Source: Candidatus Eiseniibacteriota bacterium (GTDB lineage Bacteria; Arandabacterota; Arandabacteria; Arandabacterales; Arandabacteraceae). Taken from it: a stretch of DNA of 64,000 nucleotides. Shown piece by piece: positions 39,501-48,688 of the stretch; position 1 is the first letter of the stretch; every line of letters begins with the position of its first letter. The position numbers were made by a program, and so were the translations under genes. The stretch is from the NCBI GenBank assembly GCA_043810925.1, contig JBDRNT010000069.1, forward strand, positions 64,001 through 128,000, in the 5' to 3' direction. A model generated the notes under the pieces. That model was not told the origin of the DNA, searched no databases, and saw only the letters and a list, made by a program, of their open reading frames with translations.

Positions 39501-40073
39501 GATCGTGTCTTCCTCCGGCAGTCCGTGCTTCTGAACCTCGATGTAGACATTGCCCTTGCCGAAAATGTCGACAAACCGGCCGATCCTAGACCTGGCCCCA
39601 TCGAGCCTCCCGCCGATCAGCTCCTCACCGACAGCGCCCTTGAGACAACCCGTGAGCGCCACCAGCCCCTTGCTGTGCTCACCCAGCAGGTCCATGTCGA
39701 CGCGCGGTTTGTAGTAAAAGCCTTCGGTATAGCCCTTTGAGGAAAGCGCCATCAGATTGCCGTAACCCTCCCCATCCTTGGCAAGCAGGATCAGGTGGTT
39801 TGAAGTGTCCCATACGCCCCGGCCGGTCGGCTTCCTGTCAGACCTGCTCGACCTAGCCACGTACACCTCGCATCCCACTATTGGTTTTATCCCGGACTTG
39901 CGGGCATACTTGTAGAAGGAAACCGCTCCGAACATGCAGCCGTGGTCGGTCAATGCAAGTGCGGGCATATTGAAGTGCATTGCACGCTTGACATACAGAG
40001 AGATCTTGCCGGCGCCGTCGAGGAGGCTATAGTCCGAGTGAACATGAAGATGAACGAAGTCTGAGTACTTCAA
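36600..40073 (-). CDS. dnaE: DNA polymerase III alpha subunit
   Basis: FVHLHVHSDYSLLDG, GPGRGSAAGS, FERFLNPER, PDIDIDF, GYGFNKSH; no intein evident. Confidence 0.98.
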   Translation of the reverse strand: MKYSDFVHLHVHSDYSLLDGAGKISLYVKRAMHFNMPALALTDHGCMFGAVSFYKYARKSGIKPIVGCEVYVARSSRSDRKPTGRGVWDTSNHLILLAKDGEGYGNLMALSSKGYTEGFYYKPRVDMDLLGEHSKGLVALTGCLKGAVGEELIGGRLDGARSRIGRFVDIFGKGNVYIEVQKHGLPEEDTIIKGVLKLKDELDIPVVATNDCHYVLKDDARAQDILLCLQTGRDLDDPTRLKFANDEFYFKSPDEMKDLFTEMPEAVTNTVEVAEKCNLDLELGRIRLPNFPIPEGYTDADAYLRHLARQGLEGRYQGEHREATERLEYELRIIEQMNYSSYFLIIKDLVDAARGMGIPVGPGRGSAAGSLVSYSLGITDIDPLKFGLLFERFLNPERISMPDIDIDFCDKRRPEVIDYVMRKYGKESVAQIITFGTMAARAAIRDVGRVLKIPIPDVDRIAKLVPAEPGVTIDSALDRVSEFKQAATSERFSELIEMAQRLEGLARHASTHAAGVLITPGNLIDYVPLYRGAKGEIVTQYDMNSIESVGLLKMDFLGLTTLSIMHDALEMIRKKHDVDIKMDEVALDDRDVYGMLSEGQTVGVFQLESSGLRDLLRRIRPERFEDIVAINALHRPGPLGSEMVELFIKRKRGQRETDYEDPLLEPILKDTYGVILYQEQVIEIASKLAGFTKGQADILRRAMGKKETEVMDQQRRNFVKGAMASGLSEDVAERIFSKIAYFAGYGFNKSHSAAYALLSYQTAYLKVKYPTEFMAACLSSETGNTDRIVILLDECRRLGIRVLPPDINQSEADFTVTPEGIRFGLAAVKNVGRSAIDIIVAVRLEGGPFTTIFQMCDRTDLKSVNKRVLESLIYAGALDSMDGHRAQLLAGVEAAMAVGQKLQRDRNTGQTSLLRILETQGEQSGISRQLPYAHEWSLMEKLAHERDVLGFYSSGHPLSRYRREIDAFTTTAIAEAKRMKDGKGVVVAGIISGKKIHVSRDGNKIGFVLLEDLTGQMESVFFSNTLKAAGEKLVEGVMVIVYGTVSYRNEDQPKIRVDDFVELESSIEALTGKLEIDVDGKKITESALEILKGMLSSNPGSAPVSLVVLSEQVGDVVLQMPKARVKPTRDLIAALDGIEGVTNVRLIPKPRRRRRFR

Positions 40074-40082
40074 GGCGGCTAC

Positions 40083-42269
40083 CTACCTTACGAGTTCTTT
40101 GGCGGTCTCGCTGGTGGCGGAGTTTCCCATTTTGTCTTTGATCTCAAGCCTAATGCGATGTGTACCATACTTCAAGGGCTTTCTCGACCGCCCGCTGACC
40201 CTGCCGGTGTCGGGATCATAGCTCACAATCGCGGCATCATCGTCGATGTAACCCCTAAGCGAGCCCGAATCCAGACCCGACCCGCCATCCTTGACCTTCG
40301 CGCTGAAAAGTCCCTTGCCGTCACTTGCTCTTCGGCGAAGCCCCCCTGTAAATACGATCGAGGGCGGTTCCTCATCCTCAAGGACCACAATGGACTCAAG
40401 GCTCCGGAGTCTGACAGACGCAACTCCCGTTGAGTCGAACCTGCCAAGAAAGGAAGTGCTGGCGCCCCACTGCGCATAAACACCATGTCTGGATGTGCAA
40501 TCCCTCTCCTTCGATACGACCATGAGCTCCACCTTCTCGTTGAAGAAGACACCGGCAGGCTCGAGGACGACACCGCCCAGGTTTTCTCCAAAGCCTTTGT
40601 GACTCGAACCGCCGGCTTCGGACAGCCTGACGAGGGTGCTTGAAGCATATCCGGCAGGTGCGCTCAGTCTGACCTTGTACCTCTCGCCAAGGAGCCAGAT
40701 TCGCCCACCCGGTACGATCCGGCCGATCGCGAACCCCTCCGTCCTTTCAACCTTCTCCGCACCGAATTCGAATGCAGCCCTCAGATGAATCACCTGGTCC
40801 GTCCCCGCCGGGTGGTAGGCGGCTCTGAAGAGATTGTCCCCCTCAGGTTGAAGAACAACGGTCGCAAGGCTGCTGCCCTCATAAATCCGGACCACCGGCA
40901 GTGAGCTTGGTGTAGCCGGCGGCCGGGCATATATCTCGATATAGTCAGGATGGAGTACCGTCTCAATATCGACTGAATCGACCGGCTCCCCTCCCCCCAC
41001 GGCAAGGACGCAGGTCCTCGTAAAACCGCTGCGGCTGGTAAGCGTGCAGCGGACCTCGGTATCCGGAGTCGCCCCAGGAATCCGGCCTCGGTACTGCCCT
41101 TTGGCAGGCGGCAGTTCGACGCGTTTCCAGCTCTTACCCTGCCCGCGCACCGCGAACTCGACCTCACAGTCGGCCGGGCCGGGGACCATCACCACCTCGA
41201 CACCGGCACTATCCTCCTTAAGGCCGTACGATACGAACCCGGGTGTAGTGCCATAGTAGAACGGCACGCCGATCCAATCGGAATTACCCCATGCATCTCC
41301 GACATGTATGCGCAGGTTGTGGTACCCCTCGGTAAGATTCGCAACAACCTGTGTTGCCTGATCCGCCAGACACGTGAAACCTCTGAGATCAAGACCATAG
41401 GGATCGAACAGCCTCACGAACCGCTTCCCGGCGACCGTATGGTATATCGATCCGATGAAATGGGACTTGGAGAAAGGAAACCTGTCGAGGTCAAGAGCCC
41501 ACAGCGGTGAATCGTCGATCCATGCTTCGTAAAGTACAGGCGTGAGCGTCCTGCCGCACTGTACCCGATCGACCGCTGAGACACTCACACCGAACGGGCC
41601 GCTGATCATCACGGTATCAGGTGCGGTCGCAGATGCTATGGTGACCGGATCATGACTCCCATTGACGGTTGCGCCAGCGCCAAGCGGTGTGAACAACAGC
41701 GTTTTTATCTCAGGCGAGATGCTCTCGGTGAGATCCATGTAACCGGGAACGGGATTGAGATTGTCGTGATCGTGGCGGCCCGATCGCAATTCGAAGTGAA
41801 GGTGCGGCGGCCCGGAGCCGGTGTCTCCGCTGAAGCCAATGGTGTCACCCGGGAGGAACCTGAACACATTGGGCTCGAAATACATTTCTACATCATAGGC
41901 GCCCCTCAGATCCTGCTCCCTCTCAACCGACGCTTCGATTCGGGGCGCGTACCGGGAGAGATGCCCATAGACCACCATCTTGCCGTCACTTAACTGCGCG
42001 TAGAGCGCCTTGCCGTACCCACCGTTCCAGATACGAATCCTCCACACCCAGCACGTGTCAACCGCCAGAACGGGAACCCCGGTGACTCCACCCGTTGAGA
42101 AGTCTATTCCGGCGTGCAGGTGACCGGAACGATAGCTCCCGAATGACGATGTGGGACAGATGTCAACCGTAAGGGGCCAACCAAACTGCCCGCTATAAGC
42201 AGATGTTGACAGGCATACGGAGATCAGAAGAAACAGCAGGCCGGCTCTTGCAGGTGCAGTTAATCGCAT
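40083..42269 (-). CDS. Secreted M23-family metallopeptidase
   Basis: HAGIDF, YGHL, PHLHFELR; ATG 42269 after GGAGG; signal peptide. Confidence 0.85.
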   Translation of the reverse strand: MRLTAPARAGLLFLLISVCLSTSAYSGQFGWPLTVDICPTSSFGSYRSGHLHAGIDFSTGGVTGVPVLAVDTCWVWRIRIWNGGYGKALYAQLSDGKMVVYGHLSRYAPRIEASVEREQDLRGAYDVEMYFEPNVFRFLPGDTIGFSGDTGSGPPHLHFELRSGRHDHDNLNPVPGYMDLTESISPEIKTLLFTPLGAGATVNGSHDPVTIASATAPDTVMISGPFGVSVSAVDRVQCGRTLTPVLYEAWIDDSPLWALDLDRFPFSKSHFIGSIYHTVAGKRFVRLFDPYGLDLRGFTCLADQATQVVANLTEGYHNLRIHVGDAWGNSDWIGVPFYYGTTPGFVSYGLKEDSAGVEVVMVPGPADCEVEFAVRGQGKSWKRVELPPAKGQYRGRIPGATPDTEVRCTLTSRSGFTRTCVLAVGGGEPVDSVDIETVLHPDYIEIYARPPATPSSLPVVRIYEGSSLATVVLQPEGDNLFRAAYHPAGTDQVIHLRAAFEFGAEKVERTEGFAIGRIVPGGRIWLLGERYKVRLSAPAGYASSTLVRLSEAGGSSHKGFGENLGGVVLEPAGVFFNEKVELMVVSKERDCTSRHGVYAQWGASTSFLGRFDSTGVASVRLRSLESIVVLEDEEPPSIVFTGGLRRRASDGKGLFSAKVKDGGSGLDSGSLRGYIDDDAAIVSYDPDTGRVSGRSRKPLKYGTHRIRLEIKDKMGNSATSETAKELVR

Positions 42270-42289
42270 ATTCCTCCAGCAACCACCCC

Positions 42290-42319
42290 AATGTACCACC
42301 AGAGTGCTCACGCTGTCAA
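42290..42319 (-). promoter_or_regulatory. Sigma70-type promoter of the M23-dnaE unit
   Basis: TTGACA-18-TACATT. Confidence 0.55.
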
Positions 42320-42417
42320 CCCGTGGAGAAACCCGTGGGGTCAGATCTTGAAATTAAGCGTGGTTTCACAGGTGACCTTGTGTGTGCAGGCTGATCGTTT
42401 GCGTGGGCAGACTCTGG

Positions 42418-42485
42418 CGCTCCTCTTGCTCCGCAAGCGAATGCCTTTCCTGAGCCGGGCGGACCCAGGGGCGAGCCGGCAACGC
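42418..42485 (+). repeat. Structured dispersed repeat, copy A
   Basis: Core CGCAAGCGAATG-N7-TGAGC..GCGG at 42432. Confidence 0.75.
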
Positions 42486-42503
42486 CACATCGGGAAAAAG
42501 CGC

Positions 42504-42532
42504 TTGTAGTGCGGGGGGCGAATTGTTAGTAT
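42504..42532 (+). promoter_or_regulatory. Sigma70-type promoter of the PPIase gene
   Basis: TTGCTAG-like -35 TTGTAG, 17-bp spacer, TAGTAT with TGn extension. Confidence 0.4.
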
Positions 42533-42569
42533 GCTTTGAGTCTATTTATCATCGGGGAGGAACGGAGCA

Positions 42570-44369
42570 ATGCTTTCACAACTTAGACAGAACACGAAGA
42601 TAATACTCTGGCTAGTCATTGTTGCCTTTGTCGGTTTGATATTCGTAGTCTGGGGCATGAACCTCAAGAAATCGGGAGGACCCGAGGCCGGCTACATAGG
42701 CAAGATCGGCCACGAGCGCATAACCGTTGAAGAGTACCGCAGCGAAGTCATGAATCAGCGAGCCGCTTACTACGAGTCCCAGGGCCAACGACCCGGGATG
42801 CAGGAAGAAAAGACCTTGGCCGACAGGGCCTGGGAGACTGTGGTCCAGCAACATCTACTCTGGAAAGAGGCCGCCAAGAACGACTTCATGGCGACCGACG
42901 AAGAGGTCCTCATGGAGCTTCAGACCAATCCCCCGGCATTCATAAGGACACAGCCTATTTTCCTGACCGACAGTGTGTACGACCACTCGAAGTACCTCGC
43001 TGCCCTGGATGACCCTGCGTATGATTTCAGCTTTCTTGAGAGTTACATAAGATCGACACTGCCCCTCCAGAAACTCCAGGAGTACATAGGTTCGACTGTA
43101 AGGGTCACGGATCAGGAGATCCGGCAGCTGTCAAGGATGCTCGAGGAGCAGGTCACGATCTCCTATTTGACGGTAAATCCCGGGACCGATGTCAGGGAAT
43201 CGATTCCTGACCCGACAGGGACCGAGCTGGAATCGTTCTATTCCAACCACATGGAAGACTTTAGAACGCCGGAGAAACGGAAAGTGGCCTACATCAAGTT
43301 TCTGAAGCAACCGAGTGCTGAGGATGAGAGATATGCCAGGGAGAAGATCGAGGAGGCGCATGACCTGGTGGATGCAGGCGAGCCTTTCCATGAGATAGCG
43401 GCTGAGTACTCCGATGACTCCAGGACTGTCGCCGCCGGCGGCGATCTCGGTTGGATAAGCCGTGGCAGGTTACCGGCGGTTCTTGATTCGGTCGCTTACA
43501 TCCTCAAGCCCGGACAGATGAGTGACGTCATAAAGACCGATCAGGGTTTCCATCTCCTCAAACTGGACGAGACCCGCGTGGTTGACGGGGTCGAGGAACG
43601 GAAGTTGTCCTACATCTTATCGAAGCTTGAGGCAAGCCCGCTCACCATAGAGCAGGTTGGCGCCGTGGCGGCCGAAGTGGCCCAGACGGCTGGGCACAGA
43701 GGCGTTGAAGAGGCCGCTGCCGAGAATGCGTATGAATTCGCTCAGTCCGAGGAGTTGGTGCTTGATCAGTTCTCCATGATGTACGGGATCGACCGGTCCA
43801 AGGCCGAACAGGTATTCGAGGCGGCACGAAACGGCGTGATCGGTCCCCTCGAGGGGTCCGGATCATTCTATGTCTTCCAGGTTACAGAGATAGTCGCCAC
43901 ACGTATCCCTCCCCTCGAAGAGATACGTGACTACGTCACCAAGTCTTATTCGTTTGACCGGAAGCGCCGGGTAGCTCAGGAGATGGCATCCGATGTAGTG
44001 CTTGACCTCTCCCGGGGCAGTTCTCTTGAACAAGCGGCCTCGAGCCATGGCCTGGAGATCAGACAGTCACAGCCCTTCACAAGAATGTCACAGGTTCCGG
44101 GTATCGGAAGTGCCAATGCCGTAATCGCGCAGGCCTTCACGCTAAGCCCATCGGCAACCAGCGGTGTGCTCGAGCAAGGAGGCGTGTTCTACGTGATCCG
44201 GGTGGACGAGCGGCAGGGAGTCGATGAAGACCGGTTCGAAACCAATTTCCAGGGTATCAAGATGTCGCTCCTCAATACCAAACAGCAGGCATTCATAGGA
44301 ACCTGGTACATGGGTCTGAGAAACGCCACCGAGATCGAGGACTACCGAACCCTCTCCCCCACGTATTGA
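42570..44369 (+). CDS. PpiD/SurA-type membrane-anchored peptidyl-prolyl isomerase chaperone
   Basis: N-terminal TM anchor, SurA_N-like region, parvulin motif FHEIAAEYSDD...GGDLGW...GFHLLK. Confidence 0.88.
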   Translation: MLSQLRQNTKIILWLVIVAFVGLIFVVWGMNLKKSGGPEAGYIGKIGHERITVEEYRSEVMNQRAAYYESQGQRPGMQEEKTLADRAWETVVQQHLLWKEAAKNDFMATDEEVLMELQTNPPAFIRTQPIFLTDSVYDHSKYLAALDDPAYDFSFLESYIRSTLPLQKLQEYIGSTVRVTDQEIRQLSRMLEEQVTISYLTVNPGTDVRESIPDPTGTELESFYSNHMEDFRTPEKRKVAYIKFLKQPSAEDERYAREKIEEAHDLVDAGEPFHEIAAEYSDDSRTVAAGGDLGWISRGRLPAVLDSVAYILKPGQMSDVIKTDQGFHLLKLDETRVVDGVEERKLSYILSKLEASPLTIEQVGAVAAEVAQTAGHRGVEEAAAENAYEFAQSEELVLDQFSMMYGIDRSKAEQVFEAARNGVIGPLEGSGSFYVFQVTEIVATRIPPLEEIRDYVTKSYSFDRKRRVAQEMASDVVLDLSRGSSLEQAASSHGLEIRQSQPFTRMSQVPGIGSANAVIAQAFTLSPSATSGVLEQGGVFYVIRVDERQGVDEDRFETNFQGIKMSLLNTKQQAFIGTWYMGLRNATEIEDYRTLSPTY

Positions 44370-44418
44370 TATTGTCGATCCTCGTTACGAAAGCCCTCTG
44401 CAGCGACCATTGAGAACA

Positions 44419-44488
44419 GTGCCTGCGTAGCCTTTGGGCCGCAAGCGAATGCCTTTTCTGAGCAGGCGGACCGAAGGCAAGCCGGCAC
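44419..44488 (+). repeat. Structured dispersed repeat, copy B
   Basis: Core at 44440; stems GTGCC/GGCAC, GCCTT/AAGGC, CCGC/GCGG, TGC/GCA. Confidence 0.8.
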
Positions 44489-44515
44489 TCGCGTTGAGCC
44501 AGCTGTGGTGGGAGG

Positions 44516-44722
44516 TTAGCCGGCCCGGTCTGAGCCGTCCTCGGGTGGGTCGATGGAAGTGCCCTTGTCGATCTCGTCTTTTATCTGCCTTACAGCCTTC
44601 CTTACCTCGCGGGTAGCCTTGCCCATCGCCCGGGCGAACTCCGGAATACGCTTCGATCCAAAGAGCATGAGTACAACAAGGACAACAAGAAGTACCTCCG
44701 AACCGCCTATTCCGCTGAACAT
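44516..44722 (-). CDS. tatA: Twin-arginine translocase TatA/TatE subunit
   Basis: GGSEVLLVVLVVLMLFGSKRIPEFARAMGKATRE. Confidence 0.92.
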   Translation of the reverse strand: MFSGIGGSEVLLVVLVVLMLFGSKRIPEFARAMGKATREVRKAVRQIKDEIDKGTSIDPPEDGSDRAG

Positions 44723-44735
44723 CCTCTCTGCTCCC

Positions 44736-45140
44736 CTACTCCGCGCCGTGCGGCAATGACCCGGCGAGATCGCTACCGATTACAACCGTCACATCTACAA
44801 AGAACGCGCTGCCCACCTGATAGATCACGCCACTCCCCGGCAGTACCGAGGCGACCGCACGGGCTTTGCTTCGATCACCCGAGCGGTCCACGACCAGCGT
44901 TTCCCGGTGATCGAAATCATCCGCGTTGCCTACAAACATAACGTCGCAACCTTGATCTATGAGTATCTCGCCGACCCCCCGGGCCGTCCCCCCGACACCG
45001 CAACCGTTCAAGACCTCAACAACTATCGGAACCTCGCACACGCTCCCCCCGCTACCCGTCTGTGACAGGGTTGTCCAGGCGAAATAGACCGCAACCATGG
45101 TAATGCCCAGCAGCAACGCTCTGACCAGGGCCCATGTCAT
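44736..45140 (-). CDS. LytR C-terminal domain protein
   Basis: TM segment, then VEVLNGCGVGGTA, VGNAD, DVTVVIGSD; start revised to ATG 45140. Confidence 0.85.
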   Translation of the reverse strand: MTWALVRALLLGITMVAVYFAWTTLSQTGSGGSVCEVPIVVEVLNGCGVGGTARGVGEILIDQGCDVMFVGNADDFDHRETLVVDRSGDRSKARAVASVLPGSGVIYQVGSAFFVDVTVVIGSDLAGSLPHGAE

Positions 45141-45631
45141 CGGTCTGAGTCGAGCCTTTGCCCGGCTTCGAGGATCTTGTTGTAGGTGTCCGCCAGAGTC
45201 TCCGGAAGCACCTTCACTTCGGACACGACGGGCATGAAGTTGGAGTCGCCCTCCCAGCGAGGTACCACATGCATGTGGACATGGCCGGGGAAGCCCGCTC
45301 CCGCACACTTGCCTATGTTCATACCGATATTGAAGCCGTCGGGATTGAGTGCATGTCTCAGGGTCCTCTCGCTCCAGGCTACCAGATCCATCAACTCACA
45401 CGCTTCAGCTTCGGACAGGTCACTTACGCAGTTTGTGTGCCTGTAGGGAACGACCATCAGGTGCCCGGTCGTGTACGGATACAGATTCATGATCACATAT
45501 GCGAGTTTGCCTCTTCGCACTATGAAGGTGTCCTCATCCGAAGCGGACTGGACCTTCTTGCAGAATATGCAGTCGCTGCTATCGGCGTTTTCTATGTATT
45601 CCATTCTCCAACCCGCGCTTATTATCTTCAT
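45137..45631 (-). CDS. HIT-family nucleotide hydrolase
   Basis: CIFC, NLYPYTTGHLMVVP, HVHMHVVPRW. Confidence 0.93.
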   Translation of the reverse strand: MKIISAGWRMEYIENADSSDCIFCKKVQSASDEDTFIVRRGKLAYVIMNLYPYTTGHLMVVPYRHTNCVSDLSEAEACELMDLVAWSERTLRHALNPDGFNIGMNIGKCAGAGFPGHVHMHVVPRWEGDSNFMPVVSEVKVLPETLADTYNKILEAGQRLDSDR

Positions 45632-47243
45632 CCCTCTGTCTCCTGGAGTAGATCTTCCTCACTGAGTTGAGCTCCATAGCAGTGTTCACCCCGAATCCCT
45701 CGGTGTAATCATCGATCAGAACCGCTTCGACACGTCCTCCTCGAGACTTTATAGACTGTATGGAATCCGGAAGATAGTACTCCATCTGAACGTTGCTTGC
45801 CGTCAAAGTGAGAAGTGAATCAAAGAGAGGTCCCGCCTTGAAACAATAGAGGCCTACGTTTATCTCCTTGATCTTCCGCACCTCCCGGTCGGCATCACGC
45901 TCCTCCACGATATTGACAAACGACCCCTTCTGATTCCTCACGATCCGTCCGTAGCCGCGTGCATCGGGGACGCATACCGTGGCAAAAGTAATGGCATTGC
46001 TGTGCCTGGCATGAAGCGTGAGCAGGCGCTTCACGGTGGCCGCCCGCACCAGCGGAACGTCGCCCGAAAGCACCAGGATGTCGCCGGCAAAACCGGCAAG
46101 CAGCGGATAAACCTGTAACACCGCATGGCCTGTGCCTCTCTGGACGTCCTGCCTCACCGTACCGACCCGCAGCTTCTTCATAAGCGGTTGGAGTTTTTCG
46201 CTCTTGTGGCCGACTATGGCGAAAACATCTTTGACTCCCGCGGCCCTCGAGGCACGGACCACGTGTTCGACCATCGGCACTCCGCCTACCTCGTGGAGCA
46301 GTTTCGGTCTCTCGGACTTCATCCGCTTCCCCTCGCCGGCAGCGAGTATCACGCATACGGTGCCACGCTTGATACGGCTCTGCGAACCCCGCCCGATGCG
46401 CGGATCCACCGCAATATTGTCTATCAAGCGGGCCCGTCCGACCAACGCGGCCACCGCGATCCGCGCTTCGGAGTCGATGTAGCGGATGTCATCAAGTGTC
46501 ACGGGATCGATGACGGCGGCATACTCGACCTTTGTAACCCCGCTGTCTACGAGGAGTGACATAATGCGGTCTTTGATCACATGGGACCGGCGCTCTCCGC
46601 TTGCCACGAGCAGTCTGGCGAGCTCAAGCGATCTGAAGAGCGAAGTAGCAACTCCCCTCTCCTCCTCGGAGAGGTATGCGTTCCGGGAGCTCAAGGCCAA
46701 CCCGTCCTTGTCCCGCACGGTCGGCACTCCGATGATCTCCACGGGGAGCCCGAGATCACGGACCATTCGTTTTATTATCACCAGCTGCTGGTAGTCTTTC
46801 TCCCCGAAGAAGGCTTTATCCGGCATGACAGCCAGCAACAGCTTGAGCACGACCACACACACGCCGTCAAAATGGTTCGGTCTCGTCTCGCCGCAAAGTT
46901 TTCCGCGAAGATCGTCGACACCTATCGACGTCCCAAAGTCCGGCGGATAGATCTCCCGCACGGAGGGTACGAAAAGCAAGTCGCAGCCTATTCGCGACAG
47001 GAGTCCCTTATCCCGGCGAAGATCCTTCGGATAACGGTCGAGGTCCTCCGTAGGTCCGAATTGCTTCGGGTTTACGAAGATGCTCGTAACCACGACATCA
47101 CAGGTGCGGCGGCACTCCTCAACCAGCGCCAGGTGACCGGCATGAAGGTAGCCCATCGTCGGGACAAAGCCGATCGACCTTCCCCGCTTCCTGGCCCCGG
47201 CGAGCTCCCGTCTCAGGTCATCAGTCCTTCTTATTGTCTTTAG
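45579..47243 (-). CDS. panC: Pantoate-beta-alanine ligase fused to a GlmU-like nucleotidyltransferase domain
   Basis: PTMGYLHAGH, FVNPKQF, FGEKDYQQ, SSRN, RLIDN, then ILAAGEGKRMKS..PK, GTGHAV, GDVPL, GYGRIVR, EYYLPD, GVNT. Confidence 0.9.
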   Translation of the reverse strand, partial: LKTIRRTDDLRRELAGARKRGRSIGFVPTMGYLHAGHLALVEECRRTCDVVVTSIFVNPKQFGPTEDLDRYPKDLRRDKGLLSRIGCDLLFVPSVREIYPPDFGTSIGVDDLRGKLCGETRPNHFDGVCVVVLKLLLAVMPDKAFFGEKDYQQLVIIKRMVRDLGLPVEIIGVPTVRDKDGLALSSRNAYLSEEERGVATSLFRSLELARLLVASGERRSHVIKDRIMSLLVDSGVTKVEYAAVIDPVTLDDIRYIDSEARIAVAALVGRARLIDNIAVDPRIGRGSQSRIKRGTVCVILAAGEGKRMKSERPKLLHEVGGVPMVEHVVRASRAAGVKDVFAIVGHKSEKLQPLMKKLRVGTVRQDVQRGTGHAVLQVYPLLAGFAGDILVLSGDVPLVRAATVKRLLTLHARHSNAITFATVCVPDARGYGRIVRNQKGSFVNIVEERDADREVRKIKEINVGLYCFKAGPLFDSLLTLTASNVQMEYYLPDSIQSIKSRGGRVEAVLIDDYTEGFGVNTAMELNSVRKIYSRRQRDEDNKRGLENGIHRKRR

Positions 47244-48051
47244 CATCGTCGTAGCTCTCATCGAGGGAAGGGAATGCTCCCGTTCTTACATCCCCTACAT
47301 ATCCCGACAGGGCCTTGAGGATGTCCGGTTTGAGATCCGCGTACTTCCTGACAAACTTCGGAACATAACCGTCATAAAGGCCCAGGATATCGTGACAGAC
47401 AAGGACCTGCCCGTCACACTGCGGCCCTGCACCTATACCGATTGTAGGTATACTCAACTTCTCAGTTATTTCCTTGGCCAGTCTCCAGGGCACTCCCTCA
47501 AGCACTATGGCGAAACATCCGGCTTCCTCAAGCGCAAACGCATCGTCGATGATCGCCTCACGGCCCCTGCCGGTCTTGCCCTGGACCTTGTACCCGCCGA
47601 ACCGCCTTATGGCCTGCGGGGTGAGCCCGATGTGACCCATAACGGGTATCTTGGCATCACCGATCGCCTTCGCGGTGGACGCCCTGCAGACTCCGCCCTC
47701 GATCTTCACCGCATCCGCGCCGCCTTCCTTGATCATCCTTCCGGCGTTCTTGAGCGCTTCCGACGGGGACACCTGGAAAGACATAAAGGGCATGTCGGCA
47801 ATGACCAGGGCGGCCGGTCTGGCTCTTGACACCGCTTTGACGTGACACAGCATCTCGTCCATGGTAACCGGGAGCGTGGTCTCGTATCCGAGGATGACCA
47901 TACCCAGCGTGTCCCCAACCAGGATGATATCGACACCGGCTTCATCAGCCAGCCGGGCGGTCGGATAATCATAGACTGAGAGCATGGCGATCCGCTTGCC
48001 CTTGCGCTTCATCGCCATCACGGCTGGGACTGTGACCTTCTTTCTCTCCAT
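47221..48051 (-). CDS. panB: 3-methyl-2-oxobutanoate hydroxymethyltransferase
   Basis: LVGDTLGM, ADMPF, VKIEGG, GHIGLTPQ, IGIGAG..CDGQVLV. Confidence 0.97.
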   Translation of the reverse strand: MERKKVTVPAVMAMKRKGKRIAMLSVYDYPTARLADEAGVDIILVGDTLGMVILGYETTLPVTMDEMLCHVKAVSRARPAALVIADMPFMSFQVSPSEALKNAGRMIKEGGADAVKIEGGVCRASTAKAIGDAKIPVMGHIGLTPQAIRRFGGYKVQGKTGRGREAIIDDAFALEEAGCFAIVLEGVPWRLAKEITEKLSIPTIGIGAGPQCDGQVLVCHDILGLYDGYVPKFVRKYADLKPDILKALSGYVGDVRTGAFPSLDESYDDAKDNKKD

Positions 48052-48052
48052 G

Positions 48053-48688
48053 CTAGTCCGACCCTCCCCTGTAGTACATCGTGCCTCGCTTGTGGGTATT
48101 GATGGTTTCGATCAGCCTCTCGATATGCGATTGCGAGCCCGGCAGGTCAAGTGAATCGGTATTCACCATGACAAGCGGAGTCTCATCATAGTGGAAGAAG
48201 TGGTTGTAGGCTTTGTTCAGAGTCTCTATGTAGTCTCGCGGCATGTTCTTCTCAAATGGTCTCCCACGCTTATGGATTCTGTCCATCAGTACATCCGTCC
48301 CGGCCTGTAAGTACACCACGACATCCGGCCGGGCGATATCTCTTTCAAGTATCTTCACCAGTTTCTCATAGAGCATAAGTTCATCGTCGTTGAGATTGAT
48401 GTATGCGAATATCCGGTCCTTCGCGAAAATATAGTCACTGACGACCCGCTGTGCAAAGAGACTTGCCTGTGCGAGGTCCATCTGCTGTCTGTACCTGGAG
48501 AGAAGAAAGAATATCTGGGTCTGGAAGGCGTAACTGCGCATATCATCATAGAACTTCTTTAGAAACGGGTTTTCCTCGACTTCTTCCACCTGGAGCTGTG
48601 CTTCGAGCTTGTCAGATAGAATCGTGGCAAGCGTCGTCTTACCGACACCGATCACGCCCTCGATCGCTATGTATCCAGGTTCCGCCAT
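48053..48688 (-). CDS. Deoxynucleoside kinase family protein
   Basis: IAIEGVIGVGKTTL, ENPFL, QIFFLLSR, KRGRPFE. Confidence 0.9.
   Translation of the reverse strand: MAEPGYIAIEGVIGVGKTTLATILSDKLEAQLQVEEVEENPFLKKFYDDMRSYAFQTQIFFLLSRYRQQMDLAQASLFAQRVVSDYIFAKDRIFAYINLNDDELMLYEKLVKILERDIARPDVVVYLQAGTDVLMDRIHKRGRPFEKNMPRDYIETLNKAYNHFFHYDETPLVMVNTDSLDLPGSQSHIERLIETINTHKRGTMYYRGGSD

Noticed and set aside
36600..40073. Intein or split in dnaE
   Set aside because: Normal length (1157 aa) with continuous motifs.
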